Assembly: GCA_036172245.1 (NCBI GenBank)
Contig: JAYWIR010000100.1
Span: 1 to 64,000 of the forward strand
Length of the DNA stretch: 64,000 nucleotides
Origin: Raillietiella orientalis
Lineage: Eukaryota
Reading direction: 5' to 3'
The position numbers and the translations under genes are program-made. The number at the start of each line of letters is the position of its first letter. Positions within the stretch are counted from its first letter, which is position 1. Positions 8,301-23,300 of this stretch are shown here, one piece after another. The notes under the pieces were generated by a model. It saw only the letters and a program-made list of their open reading frames with translations. It had not been told where the DNA came from and searched no databases.

Positions 8301-11300
8301 TATTACAATTTAGCTTAGAGGTTTTAGCAGTATGCAATTGTCACAATCGTCTCAATGAGGTGAGTGCACCAGTTTGACACTTCGTTTCGATGTCAAGTGG
8401 CCACCCACAGCATCGCCAATTGTGGTCCCTAGCATAATGCGTTTCTTAAATAATATCAGGATTTTTTCTGTAATGCTCTGTTCCATGCGTTTCATCCAAA
8501 ACAGAAATTAATTTCCTTTGCACACCACTAAACGTACAATTGGAAATAGCATCATCTATTGATTTCCAAACCAGTTGTTTTGTCCTTCTCTGAGCATTCG
8601 TGAACCTAACAAACTCCGTATATCGCAGTTCTCACATGTGACCCGAAGTTAAAATGTTAAAATGCTTGCAAGTGTTTGCAAATAACCCGACGGATTCTTC
8701 CACCGTTGATGCCGATTGAGGTTATATTTCAGTGAGTATTGTGTACAGTTTTCTGAATGAGAACAGCAAAAGATACGAAACCCCTATATTCTCATTTCGA
8801 TTGGTCAGACGCACCCACTCGAACTTTTGACGTGTTAATCCAGTGTTTAGAAATCTCTGGTTTCCACTTTCCTCTCTTTTCCATTGTCGGCATACGCGAT
8901 TTTCTTGTAAATGAATTATACCCGGAAGCCCTTCCGCGATGGGAACATATTTTCAAAAACACATGAAAAATATCTTTCGTTTTCGAAACCCGATGAATTT
9001 CAAGGATTCTCCTTTGGTGTGCAACATTGGTTTCCTTGACAATGAGTAAAATTCCGAACTATTTATACTTTTACAAGCAAGCAGGAGACCACATGCTGCA
9101 ACGCAATTGTTCTCAATTCACAATTTTTCAAAGCAAATGTATGCAGTATGTAGATGTATACTCTATTTAGCGACACGCATTTCGATAAGCTTTAAACAAA
9201 AAACCAAGCCTACTAAAGATGTGAATTTCCTCGAATGAAAAAATTCCGCCCAGAATCATGAACAATATGGAGCAAGAGGAATAGTTTTCCTCTGTTTGCA
9301 GCATTGCTCCCTGCTTTGATCATCTTGAACTGGATCCGTTATGAAGTGCTGAGGTGCCTACGTGAAGAGACAGAAGAAGTCACTTCTAAGAATTCCAACC
9401 TTGCTACTACAATTTAGATTAGAGGTTACAGCAGTATGTAAATGTCACAAGCGTCGCGTTGTGCTTAGTGCACCAGTTCCACATTTCGTTTCGATGTCAA
9501 TTCGGCAATCAAAGCATCGCCAATGGTGTTGCTTTCTATAATGTTTTCCCAAATGATGTCGAGATTTTTATTGGAAAGCTCCGCATCATGCTTTTCATAC
9601 ATAACAGAAATTGCTTTTCCTTGCAAACCACTAAACGTACACTTTGATTAGCATCATCTATGCATTTGCAAACCTGTTGTTTTGTCTTTCTGTAAGCACT
9701 CTTGAACCTAACAAACTCCTTATATTGTAGTTGTCATTAGTGATCAGAAGTTGAAATGTTAAAATGCTTGGAAGTGTTTGCAAATAACTCGACGTATTCT
9801 TCCATCCTTGATTCCAATTGAGGTTATATTCCAGTGAATATTGTTTACAGCTTTTTTTTATGAGAACAGAAGCAGAAACGAAGCTTGTATATCGTCTTAC
9901 GTCCCCTCCGCAATCCCCAATTCAAGCAGTTGACACCATATTCCAATGTGTTACCAAATCTCTGGCTACCACTTACCTTTCTTTTCTTTTGTCGTCATCA
10001 TCACTTTCTTGTACGCGAATAATACCGAAAAGTGCTTGTGCAATGTCAAACATATTTCGAAGAACACGCCAAAATATCTTCCGTTACCGAAATACGATTT
10101 ATCTCAATGATTCGTCTTTGGTGTGCAACACTGGTTTCCTTGAGAATGAAGAAAATTCAAAACTTTTCATGCTTTTCAATGCAATCAAGAGACCACATTC
10201 TACAACGCTATTGTTCTAGATTTACAATTTCACAAAGCAAAAGTACGCAGTATGCAGATGGAAGCCCTTTTGAGCAACACGCATTTCGACGGACCTGCAA
10301 GAAAAAACAAAGATGACTCAAGATGTCACTTTCCTCGAATGAACAAATTCCGTGCACAATTGATCAACAATATGGAGGAAGAGAAATGGCTCTCCACTGT
10401 TTCCAGCATTGCTCCCTGCTTTGATCATCTTGAACAGAATCCGTTGTGAAGTGCTGAGATGCCTCCGTGAGTAGACATAAGAGGTCTCTTCTAAGAATCC
10501 CAACCATTCTATTACAATTTAGCTTAGAGGCTTCAGCAGTATGCAATTGTCACAATGGTCTCGTTGAGGTGAGTGCACCAGTTGCACACTTCGTTTCGAT
10601 GTCAAGTCGGCACCCGCAGCATCGCCAATTGTGGTCCCTTCTATAACCCGTTTCTTGAATAATATCGGGATTTTTTTTTGTAATGCTCTGCTTCATGCCT
10701 TTCATCCAAAACAGAAATTCCTTTCCTCTGCACACCACTAAACGTACAATTGGAAATAGCATCATCTATTGATTTCCAAACCAGTTGTTTTGTCCTTCTC
10801 TGAGCATTCGTGAACCTAACAAACTCCGTATATCGCAGTTGTCACATGTGACCCGAAGTTGAAATATTAAAATGCTTGCAAGTGTTTGCAAATAACCCGA
10901 AGGATTCTTCCATCGTTGATGCCGATTGAGGTTATATTCCAGTAAGTATTGTGTACAGATTTTTGAATGAGAACTGCAAAAGATACGAAGCCCTTATATT
11001 CTCATTTCGATTGGTCAGACGCACCCACTCGAACTTTTGACGTGTTATTCCAATGTTTAGAAATCTCTGGTTTCCACTTTCTCTCTTTTCCATTGTCGGC
11101 ATACGCGATTTTCTTGTAAATGAATTATACCCGGAAGCCCTTCCGCGATGGGAACATATTTTCAAAAACACATGAAAAATATCTTCCGTTTTCGAAATAC
11201 GATGAATCTCAAGGATTCTCCTTTGGTGTGCAACATTGGTTTCCTTGACAATGAATAAAATTCCAACCTATTTATGCTTTTACAAACAAGCAAGAGACCA

Positions 11301-14300
11301 CATTCTGCAACGCAATTGTTCTCAATTCACAGTTTTTCAAAGAAATGTATGCAGTATGTGGATGTATACTCTTTTTAGGGACACGCATTTCGATAAGCTT
11401 TAAACGGAAAACCAAGCCTACAAAAGATGTGAATTTCCTCGAATAAAATAATTCCCCCAAAATCATGAACAATATGGAGCAAGAGGAATAGTTTTCCTCT
11501 GTTTGCAGCATTGCTCCCTGCTTTGATCATCTTGAACTGGATCCTTTATGAAGTGCTGAGGTGCCTACGTGAAGAGACAGAAGATGTCACTTCTAAGAAT
11601 TCCAACCTTGCTACTACAATTTAGGTTAGAGGTTACAGCAGTATGTAATTGTGCCAAGCGTCGCGTTGAGGTGAGTGTACCAGTTGCACACTTCGTTTCG
11701 ATGTCAAGTCGGCACCCGCAGCATCGCCAATTGTGGTCCCTTCTATAATCCGTTTCTTGAATAATATCGGAATTTTTTTTTGTAATGCTCTTCTTCATGC
11801 CTTTCATCCAAAACAGAAATTCGTTTCCTCTGCACACCACTAAACGTACAATTAGAAATAGCATCATCTATTGATTTGTAAACCTGTTGTTTTGTCCTTC
11901 TCTAAGCACTCCTGAACCAAACAAACTCCGTATATCGTAGTTGTCATATGTGATCAGAAGTTGAAATGTTAATTTGCTTGCGAGTCTTTACAAATAAATC
12001 GACGCATTCCTCGTTTGTTAACGAAGATTGAATTTATATTCCGTTGAGTATTGTGTACTGCTGCTTTGCATGAGAACAGCAAAATGAACGAACCCCTTAT
12101 TTGGACTTCTGGCCTTTAAGGACGCTCAAACTCATACAGTTGACACGATATTCCAGTGTTTCAAAAAATCTATGGTTGCCACTTTACTTTCTTTTGCATT
12201 GTCGGCATTGGCGATTTTCATGTGAGCGAATTATACTTGAAAGCCCTTTTGCTGAGTCAAACATATTTTCAAAAACACATGAAAAATATCTTCCGTTTGT
12301 GAAATACGGTGAATCTCAATGATTGGTATCCTGTGTGGAACATTGGTTTCCTTGACAATGAATAAAATCTCAAACGATTCACACTTTTGCAATCAAGCAA
12401 GAGACCACAATCTGCAATACAATTGTCCTCAATTCACAATTTTACAAAGCAAAAGTATGCAGTATGCATATTGATACTCTTTTGAGCAACACGCATTTCG
12501 ATGAATTAGCAACAAAAAACAAAGACAGATAAATATCTCAATTTCATCGAATGAACAAATTCCGCGCACAATTCACCAACAATATGGAGGAAGAGGAATG
12601 GCTCTCCACTGTTTGCAGCATTGCTCCCTGCTTTGATCATCTTGAACAGAATCCGTTGTGAAGAGCTGAGATGCCTCCGTGAGTAGACATGAGAAAACTC
12701 TTCCAAAAATCCCAACCTTTCTATTACAATTTAGTTTAGAGGTTTCAGCAGTATGCAATTGTCACAATCGTCGCGTTGAGGTGAGTGCACCAGTTGCACA
12801 CTTCGTTTCGATGTCAAGTCGGCACCCGCAGCATCGCCAATTGTGGTCCCTTCTATTATCCGTTTCTTGAATAATATCGGGATTTTTTTTTGTAATGCTC
12901 TGCTTCATGCCTTTCATCCAAAACAGAAATTCCTTTCCTCTGCACACCACTAAACGTACAATTGGAAATAGCTTCATCTATTGATTTCCAAACCAGTTGT
13001 TTTGTCCTTCTCTGAGCATTCGTGAACCTAACAAACTCCGTATATCGCAGTTGTCACATGTGACCCGAAGTTGAAATGTTAAAATGCTTGCAAGTGTTTG
13101 CAAATAACCTTACGGATTCTTCCATCGTTGATGCCGATTGAGGTTATATTCCAGTGAGTATTGTGTACAGTTTTTTGAATGAGAACTGCAAAAGATACGG
13201 AGCCCCTATATTCTCATTTCGATTAATCAGACGCACCCACTCGAACTGTTGACGTGTTATTCCAGTGTTTAGAAATCTCTGGTTTTCACTTTCCTCTCTA
13301 TTCCATTGTCAAAATACGCGATTTTCTTGTAAATGAATTATACGCGGAAGCCCTTCCGTGATGGGAACATATTTTCAAAAACACATGAAAAATATCTTCC
13401 GTTTTCGAAATACGATAAATCTCAAGGATTCTAATTTAGGGTGCAACATTGCTTTCCTTGACAATGAATAAAATTCCAAACTATTTATGCTTTTCCAAGC
13501 AAGCAAGAGACCACATGCTGCAACGCAATTGTTCTCAATTCACAATTTTTCAAAGCAAATGTATCCAGTATGTAGATGTATACTCTATTTAGGGACACGC
13601 ATTTCGATAAGCTTTAAACAAAAAACGAAGCCTACTAAAGATGTGAATTTCCTCGAATAAAGAAATTCCGTCCAGAATCATGAACAATATGGAGCAAGAG
13701 GAATAGTTTTCCTCTGTGCGCAGCATTGCTCCCTGCTTTGATCATCTTGAACTGGATCCGTTATGAAGTGCTGAGGTGCCTACGTGAAGAGACAGAAGAT
13801 GTCACTTCTAAGAATTCCAACCTTGCTACTACAATTTAGATTAGAGGTTACAGCAGTATGTAATTGTCACAAGCGTCGCGTTGAGCTTAGTGCAGAAGTT
13901 CCACATTTCGTTTCGATGTCAATTCGGCAATCAAAGCATCGCCAATGGTGTTGCTTTCTATAATGTTTTCCCAAATGATGTCGAGATTTTTATTGGAAAG
14001 CTCTGCATCATGCTTTTCATCCATAACAGAAATTGCTTTTCCTTGCACACCACTAAACGTACACCTTGATTAGCATCATCTATGCATTTGCAAACCTGTT
14101 GTTTTGTCCTTCTCTAAGCACTCCTGAACCAAACAAACTCCGTATATCGTAGTTGTCATATGTGATCAGAAGTTGAAATGTTAATTTGCTTGCGAGGCTT
14201 TACAAATAACTCGACGCATTCCTCGTTTGTTAACGACGATTGAATTTATATTCCGGTGAGTATTGTGTACTGCTGCTTTGCATGAGAACAGCAAAAAAAG

Positions 14301-17300
14301 CGAACCCCTTATATGGACTTCTGGCCTTTTAGGACGCTCAAACTTAAACAGTTGACACGATATTCCAGTGTTTCAAAAAATCTATGGTTGCCACTTTGCT
14401 TTCTTTTGCATTGTCGTCATTGGCGATTTTCATGTGAGCGAATTATACTTGAAAGCCCTTTTGCTGAGTCAAACATATTTTCAAAAACACATGAAAAATA
14501 TCTTCCGTTTGTGAAATGCGGTGAATCTCAATCATTGGTATCCTGTGTGGAACATTGTTTTCCTTGACAATGAATGAAATTTCAAACGATTCATACTTTT
14601 GCAATTAAGCAAGAGACCACAATCTGCAATAGAATTGTCCTCAATTCACAATTTCACAAAGCAAAAGTATGCAGTATGCAGATGGAAGCCCTTTTGAGCA
14701 ACACGCATTTCGACGGACCTGCAAGAAAATACAAAGATGACTCAAGATGTCACTTTCCTCGAATGAACAAATTACGCTCACAATTCACCAACAATATGGA
14801 GGAAGAGGAATGGCTCTCCACTGTTTGCAGCATTGCTCCCTGCTTTGATCATCTTGAACAGAATCCGTTGTGAAGAGCTGAGATGCCTCTGTGAGTAGAC
14901 ATAAGAAAACTCTTCTTAAAATCCCAACCTTTCTATTACAATTTAGTTTAGAGGTTTCAGCAGTATGCAATTGTCACAATCGTCGCGTTGAGGTGAGTGC
15001 ACCAGTTGCACACTTCGTTTCGATGTCAAGTCGGAAGCCGCAGCATCGCCAATTGTGGTCCCTTCTATTATCCGTTTCTTGAATAATATCGGGATTTTTT
15101 TTTGTAATGCTCTGCTTCATGCCTTTCATCCAAAACAGAAATTCCTTTCCTCTGCACACCACTAAACGTACAATTGGAAATAGCTTCATCTATTGATTTC
15201 CAAACCAGTTGTTTTGTCCTTCTCTGAGCATTCGTGAACCTAACAAACTCCGTATATCGCAGTTGTCACATGTGACCCGAAGTTGAAATGTTAAAATGCT
15301 TGCAAGTGTTTGCAAATAACCTTACGGATTCTTCCATCGTTGATGCCGATTGAGGTTATATTCCAGTGAGTATTGTGTACAGTTTTTTGAATGAGAACTG
15401 CAAAAGATACGGAGCCCCTATATTCTCATTTCGATTAATCAGACGCACCCACTCGAACTGTTGACGTGTTATTCCAGTGTTTAGAAATCTCTGGTTTTCA
15501 CTTTCCTCTCTATTCCATTGTCAAAATACGCGATTTTCTTGTAAATGAATTATACGCGGAAGCCCTTCTGCGATGGGAACATATTTTCAAAAACACATGA
15601 AAAATATCTTCCGTTTTCGAAACACGATGAATTTCAAGGATTCTCCTTTGGTGTGCAACATTGGTTTCCTTGACAATGAATAAAATTCCAAACTATTTAT
15701 GCTTTTACAAGCAAGCAAGAGACCACATGCTGCAACGCAATTGTTCTCAATTCACAATTTTTCAAAGCAAATGTATCCAGTATGTAGATGTATACTCTAT
15801 TTAGGGACACGCATTTCGATAAGCTTTAAACAAAAAACGAAGCCTACTAAAGATGTGAATTTCCTCGAATAAAGAAATTCCGTCCAGAATCATGAACAAT
15901 ATGGAGCAAGAGGAATAGTTTTCCTCTGTGCGCAGCATTGCTCCCTGCTTTGATCATCTTGAACTGGATCCGTTATGAAGTGCTGAGGTGCCTACGTGAA
16001 GAGACAGAAGATGTCACTTCTAAGAATTCCAACCTTGCTACTACAATTTAGATTAGAGGTTACAGCAGTATGTAATTGTCACAAGCGTCGCGTTGAGCTT
16101 AGTGCAGAAGTTCCACATTTCGTTTCGATGTCAATTCGGCAATCAAAGCATCGCCAATGGTGTTGCTTTCTATAATGTTTTCCCAAATGATGTCGAGATT
16201 TTTATTGGAAAGCTCTGCATCATGCTTTTCATCCATAACAGAAATTGCTTTTCCTTGCACACCACTAAACGTACACTTTGATTAGCATCATCTATGCATT
16301 TGCAAACCTGTTGTTTTGTCCTTCTGTAAGCACTCCTGAACCTAACAAACTCCTTATATTGTAGTTGTCATTAGTGATCAGAAGTTGAAATGTTAAAATG
16401 CTTGGAAGTGTTTGCAAATAACTCGACGTATTCTTCCATCCTTGATTCCAATTGAGGTTATATTCCAGTGAATATTGTTTACAGCTTTTTTTTATGAGAA
16501 CAGAAGCAGAAACGAAGCTTGTATATCGTCTTACGTCCCCTCCGCAATCCCCAATTCAAGCAGTTGACACCATATTCCAATGTGTTACCAAATCTCTGGC
16601 TACCACTTACCTTTCTTTTCTTTTGTCGTCATCATCACTTTCTTGTACGCGAATAATACCGAAAAGTGCTTGTGCAATGTCAAACATATTTCGAAGAACA
16701 CGCCAAAATATCTTCCGTTACCGAAATACGATTTATCTCAATGATTCGTCTTTGGTGTGCAACACTGGTTTCCTTGAGAATGAAGAAAATTCAAAACTTT
16801 TCATGCTTTTCAATGCAATCAAGAGACCACATTCTACAACGCTATTGTTCTAGATTTACAATTTCACAAAGCAAAAGTACGCAGTATGCAGATGGAAGCC
16901 CTTTTGAGCAACACGCATTTCGACGGACCTGCAAGAAAAAACAAAGATGACTCAAGATGTCACTTTCCTCGAATGAACAAATTCCGTGCACAATTGATCA
17001 ACAATATGGAGGAAGAGAAATGGCTCTCCACTGTTTCCAGCATTGCTCCCTGCTTTGATCATCTTGAACAGAATCCGTTGTGAAGTGCTGAGATGCCTCC
17101 GTGAGTAGACATAAGAGGTCTCTTCTAAGAATCCCAACCATTCTATTACAATTTAGCTTAGAGGCTTCAGCAGTATGCAATTGTCACAATGGTCTCGTTG
17201 AGGTGAGTGCACCAGTTGCACACTTCGTTTCGATGTCAAGTCGGCACCCGCAGCATCGCCAATTGTGGTCCCTTCTATAACCCGTTTCTTGAATAATATC

Positions 17301-20300
17301 GGGATTTTTTTTTGTAATGCTCTGCTTCATGCCTTTCATCCAAAACAGAAATTCCTTTCCTCTGCACACCACTAAACGTACAATTGGAATAGCATCATCT
17401 ATTGATTTCCAAACCAGTTGTTTTGTCCTTCTCTGAGCATTCGTGAACCTAACAAACTCCGTATATCGCAGTTGTCACATGTGACCCGAAGTTGAAATAT
17501 TAAAATGCTTGCAAGTGTTTGCAAATAACCCGAAGGATTCTTCCATCGTTGATGCCGATTGAGGTTATATTCCAGTAAGTATTGTGTACAGATTTTTGAA
17601 TGAGAACTGCAAAAGATACGAAGCCCTTATATTCTCATTTCGATTGGTCAGACGCACCCACTCGAACTTTTGACGTGTTATTCCAATGTTTAGAAATCTC
17701 TGGTTTCCACTTTCTCTCTTTTCCATTGTCGGCATACGCGATTTTCTTGTAAATGAATTATACCCGGAAGCCCTTCCGCGATGGGAACATATTTTCAAAA
17801 ACACATGAAAAATATCTTCCGTTTTCGAAATACGATGAATCTCAAGGATTCTCCTTTGGTGTGCAACATTGGTTTCCTTGACAATGAATAAAATTCCAAC
17901 CTATTTATGCTTTTACAAACAAGCAAGAGACCACATTCTGCAACGCAATTGTTCTCAATTCACAGTTTTTCAAAGAAATGTATGCAGTATGTAGATGTAT
18001 ACTCTTTTTAGGGACACGCATTTCGATAAGCTTTAAACGGAAAACCAAGCCTACAAAAGATGTGAATTTCCTCGAATAAAATAATTCCCCCAAAATCATG
18101 AACAATATGGAGCAAGAGGAATAGTTTTCCTCTGTTTGCAGCATTGCTCCCTGCTTTGATCATCTTGAACAGAATCCGTTGTGAAGTGCTGAGATGCCTC
18201 CGTGAGTAGACATAAGAAATCTCTTCTAAGAATCCCAACATTTCTATTACAATTTAGCTTAGAGGTTTTAGCAGTATGCAATTGTCACAATCGTCTCAAT
18301 GAGGTGAGTGCACCAGTTTGACACTTCGTTTCGATGTCAAGTGGCCACCCACAGCATCGCCAATTGTGGTCCCTAGCATAATGCGTTTCTTAAATAATAT
18401 CAGGATTTTTTCTGTAATGCTCTGTTCCATGCGTTTCATCCAAAACAGAAATTAATTTCCTTTGCACACCACTAAACGTACAATTGGAAATAGCATCATC
18501 TATTGATTTCCAAACCAGTTGTTTTGTCCTTCTCTGAGCATTCGTGAACCTAACAAACTCCGTATATCGCAGTTCTCACATGTGACCCGAAGTTAAAATG
18601 TTAAAATGCTTGCAAGTGTTTGCAAATAACCCGACGGATTCTTCCACCGTTGATGCCGATTGAGGTTATATTTCAGTGAGTATTGTGTACAGTTTTCTGA
18701 ATGAGAACAGCAAAAGATACGAAACCCCTATATTCTCATTTCGATTGGTCAGACGCACCCACTCGAACTTTTGACGTGTTAATCCAGTGTTTAGAAATCT
18801 CTGGTTTCCACTTTCCTCTCTTTTCCATTGTCGGCATACGCGATTTTCTTGTAAATGAATTATACCCGGAAGCCCTTCCGCGATGGGAACATATTTTCAA
18901 AAACACATGAAAAATATCTTTCGTTTTCGAAACCCGATGAATTTCAAGGATTCTCCTTTGGTGTGCAACATTGGTTTCCTTGACAATGAGTAAAATTCCG
19001 AACTATTTATACTTTTACAAGCAAGCAAGAGACCACATTCTGCAACGCAATTGTTCTCAATTCACAATTTTTCAAAGCAAATGTATGCAGTATGTAGATG
19101 TATACTCTATTTAGCGACACGCATTTCGATAAGCTTTAAACAAAAAACCAAGCCTACTAAAGATGTGAATTTCCTCGAATGAAAAAATTCCGCCCAGAAT
19201 CATGAACAATATGGAGCAAGAGGAATAGTTTTCCTCTGTTTGCAGCATTGCTCCCTGCTTTGATCATCTTGAACTGGATCCGTTATGAAGTGCTGAGGTG
19301 CCTACGTGAAGAGACAGAAGAAGTCACTTCTAAGAATTCCAACCTTGCTACTACAATTTAGATTAGAGGTTACAGCAGTATGTAAATGTCACAAGCGTCG
19401 CGTTGTGCTTAGTGCACCAGTTCCACATTTCGTTTCGATGTCAATTCGGCAATCAAAGCATCGCCAATGGTGTTGCTTTCTATAATGTTTTCCCAAATGA
19501 TGTCGAGATTTTTATTGGAAAGCTCCGCATCATGCTTTTCATACATAACAGAAATTGCTTTTCCTTGCAAACCACTAAACGTACACTTTGATTAGCATCA
19601 TCTATGCATTTGCAAACCTGTTGTTTTGTCTTTCTGTAAGCACTCTTGAACCTAACAAACTCCTTATATTGTAGTTGTCATTAGTGATCAGAAGTTGAAA
19701 TGTTAAAATGCTTGGAAGTGTTTGCAAATAACTCGACGTATTCTTCCATCCTTGATTCCAATTGAGGTTATATTCCAGTGAATATTGTTTACAGCTTTTT
19801 TTTATGAGAACAGAAGCAGAAACGAAGCTTGTATATCGTCTTACGTCCCCTCCGCAATCCCCAATTCAAGCAGTTGACACCATATTCCAATGTGTTACCA
19901 AATCTCTGGCTACCACTTACCTTTCTTTTCTTTTGTCGTCATCATCACTTTCTTGTACGCGAATAATACCGAAAAGTGCTTGTGCAATGTCAAACATATT
20001 TCGAAGAACACGCCAAAATATCTTCCGTTACCGAAATACGATTTATCTCAATGATTCGTCTTTGGTGTGCAACACTGGTTTCCTTGAGAATGAAGAAAAT
20101 TCAAAACTTTTCATGCTTTTCAATGCAATCAAGAGACCACATTCTACAACGCTATTGTTCTAGATTTACAATTTCACAAAGCAAAAGTACGCAGTATGCA
20201 GATGGAAGCCCTTTTGAGCAACACGCATTTCGACGGACCTGCAAGAAAAAACAAAGATGACTCAAGATGTCACTTTCCTCGAATGAACAAATTCCGTGCA

Positions 20301-23300
20301 CAATTGATCAACAATATGGAGGAAGAGAAATGGCTCTCCACTGTTTCCAGCATTGCTCCCTGCTTTGATCATCTTGAACAGAATCCGTTGTGAAGTGCTG
20401 AGATGCCTCCGTGAGTAGACATAAGAGGTCTCTTCTAAGAATCCCAACCATTCTATTACAATTTAGCTTAGAGGCTTCAGCAGTATGCAATTGTCACAAT
20501 GGTCTCGTTGAGGTGAGTGCACCAGTTGCACACTTCGTTTCGATGTCAAGTCGGCACCCGCAGCATCGCCAATTGTGGTCCCTTCTATAACCCGTTTCTT
20601 GAATAATATCGGGATTTTTTTTTGTAATGCTCTGCTTCATGCCTTTCATCCAAAACAGAAATTCCTTTCCTCTGCACACCACTAAACGTACAATTGGAAA
20701 TAGCATCATCTATTGATTTCCAAACCAGTTGTTTTGTCCTTCTCTGAGCATTCGTGAACCTAACAAACTCCGTATATCGCAGTTGTCACATGTGACCCGA
20801 AGTTGAAATATTAAAATGCTTGCAAGTGTTTGCAAATAACCCGAAGGATTCTTCCATCGTTGATGCCGATTGAGGTTATATTCCAGTAAGTATTGTGTAC
20901 AGATTTTTGAATGAGAACTGCAAAAGATACGAAGCCCTTATATTCTCATTTCGATTGGTCAGACGCACCCACTCGAACTTTTGACGTGTTATTCCAATGT
21001 TTAGAAATCTCTGGTTTCCACTTTCTCTCTTTTCCATTGTCGGCATACGCGATTTTCTTGTAAATGAATTATACCCGGAAGCCCTTCCGCGATGGGAACA
21101 TATTTTCAAAAACACATGAAAAATATCTTCCGTTTTCGAAATACGATGAATCTCAAGGATTCTCCTTTGGTGTGCAACATTGGTTTCCTTGACAATGAAT
21201 AAAATTCCAACCTATTTATGCTTTTACAAACAAGCAAGAGACCACATTCTGCAACGCAATTGTTCTCAATTCACAGTTTTTCAAAGAAATGTATGCAGTA
21301 TGTGGATGTATACTCTTTTTAGGGACACGCATTTCGATAAGCTTTAAACGGAAAACCAAGCCTACAAAAGATGTGAATTTCCTCGAATAAAATAATTCCC
21401 CCAAAATCATGAACAATATGGAGCAAGAGGAATAGTTTTCCTCTGTTTGCAGCATTGCTCCCTGCTTTGATCATCTTGAACTGGATCCTTTATGAAGTGC
21501 TGAGGTGCCTACGTGAAGAGACAGAAGATGTCACTTCTAAGAATTCCAACCTTGCTACTACAATTTAGGTTAGAGGTTACAGCAGTATGTAATTGTGCCA
21601 AGCGTCGCGTTGAGGTGAGTGTACCAGTTGCACACTTCGTTTCGATGTCAAGTCGGCACCCGCAGCATCGCCAATTGTGGTCCCTTCTATAATCCGTTTC
21701 TTGAATAATATCGGAATTTTTTTTTGTAATGCTCTTCTTCATGCCTTTCATCCAAAACAGAAATTCGTTTCCTCTGCACACCACTAAACGTACAATTAGA
21801 AATAGCATCATCTATTGATTTGTAAACCTGTTGTTTTGTCCTTCTCTAAGCACTCCTGAACCAAACAAACTCCGTATATCGTAGTTGTCATATGTGATCA
21901 GAAGTTGAAATGTTAATTTGCTTGCGAGTCTTTACAAATAAATCGACGCATTCCTCGTTTGTTAACGAAGATTGAATTTATATTCCGTTGAGTATTGTGT
22001 ACTGCTGCTTTGCATGAGAACAGCAAAATGAACGAACCCCTTATTTGGACTTCTGGCCTTTAAGGACGCTCAAACTCATACAGTTGACACGATATTCCAG
22101 TGTTTCAAAAAATCTATGGTTGCCACTTTACTTTCTTTTGCATTGTCGGCATTGGCGATTTTCATGTGAGCGAATTATACTTGAAAGCCCTTTTGCTGAG
22201 TCAAACATATTTTCAAAAACACATGAAAAATATCTTCCGTTTGTGAAATACGGTGAATCTCAATGATTGGTATCCTGTGTGGAACATTGGTTTCCTTGAC
22301 AATGAATAAAATCTCAAACGATTCACACTTTTGCAATCAAGCAAGAGACCACAATCTGCAATACAATTGTCCTCAATTCACAATTTTACAAAGCAAAAGT
22401 ATGCAGTATGCATATTGATACTCTTTTGAGCAACACGCATTTCGATGAATTAGCAACAAAAAACAAAGACAGATAAATATCTCAATTTCATCGAATGAAC
22501 AAATTCCGCGCACAATTCACCAACAATATGGAGGAAGAGGAATGGCTCTCCACTGTTTGCAGCATTGCTCCCTGCTTTGATCATCTTGAACAGAATCCGT
22601 TGTGAAGAGCTGAGATGCCTCCGTGAGTAGACATGAGAAAACTCTTCCAAAAATCCCAACCTTTCTATTACAATTTAGTTTAGAGGTTTCAGCAGTATGC
22701 AATTGTCACAATCGTCGCGTTGAGGTGAGTGCACCAGTTGCACACTTCGTTTCGATGTCAAGTCGGCACCCGCAGCATCGCCAATTGTGGTCCCTTCTAT
22801 TATCCGTTTCTTGAATAATATCGGGATTTTTTTTTGTAATGCTCTGCTTCATGCCTTTCATCCAAAACAGAAATTCCTTTCCTCTGCACACCACTAAACG
22901 TACAATTGGAAATAGCTTCATCTATTGATTTCCAAACCAGTTGTTTTGTCCTTCTCTGAGCATTCGTGAACCTAACAAACTCCGTATATCGCAGTTGTCA
23001 CATGTGACCCGAAGTTGAAATGTTAAAATGCTTGCAAGTGTTTGCAAATAACCTTACGGATTCTTCCATCGTTGATGCCGATTGAGGTTATATTCCAGTG
23101 AGTATTGTGTACAGTTTTTTGAATGAGAACTGCAAAAGATACGGAGCCCCTATATTCTCATTTCGATTAATCAGACGCACCCACTCGAACTGTTGACGTG
23201 TTATTCCAGTGTTTAGAAATCTCTGGTTTTCACTTTCCTCTCTATTCCATTGTCAAAATACGCGATTTTCTTGTAAATGAATTATACGCGGAAGCCCTTC

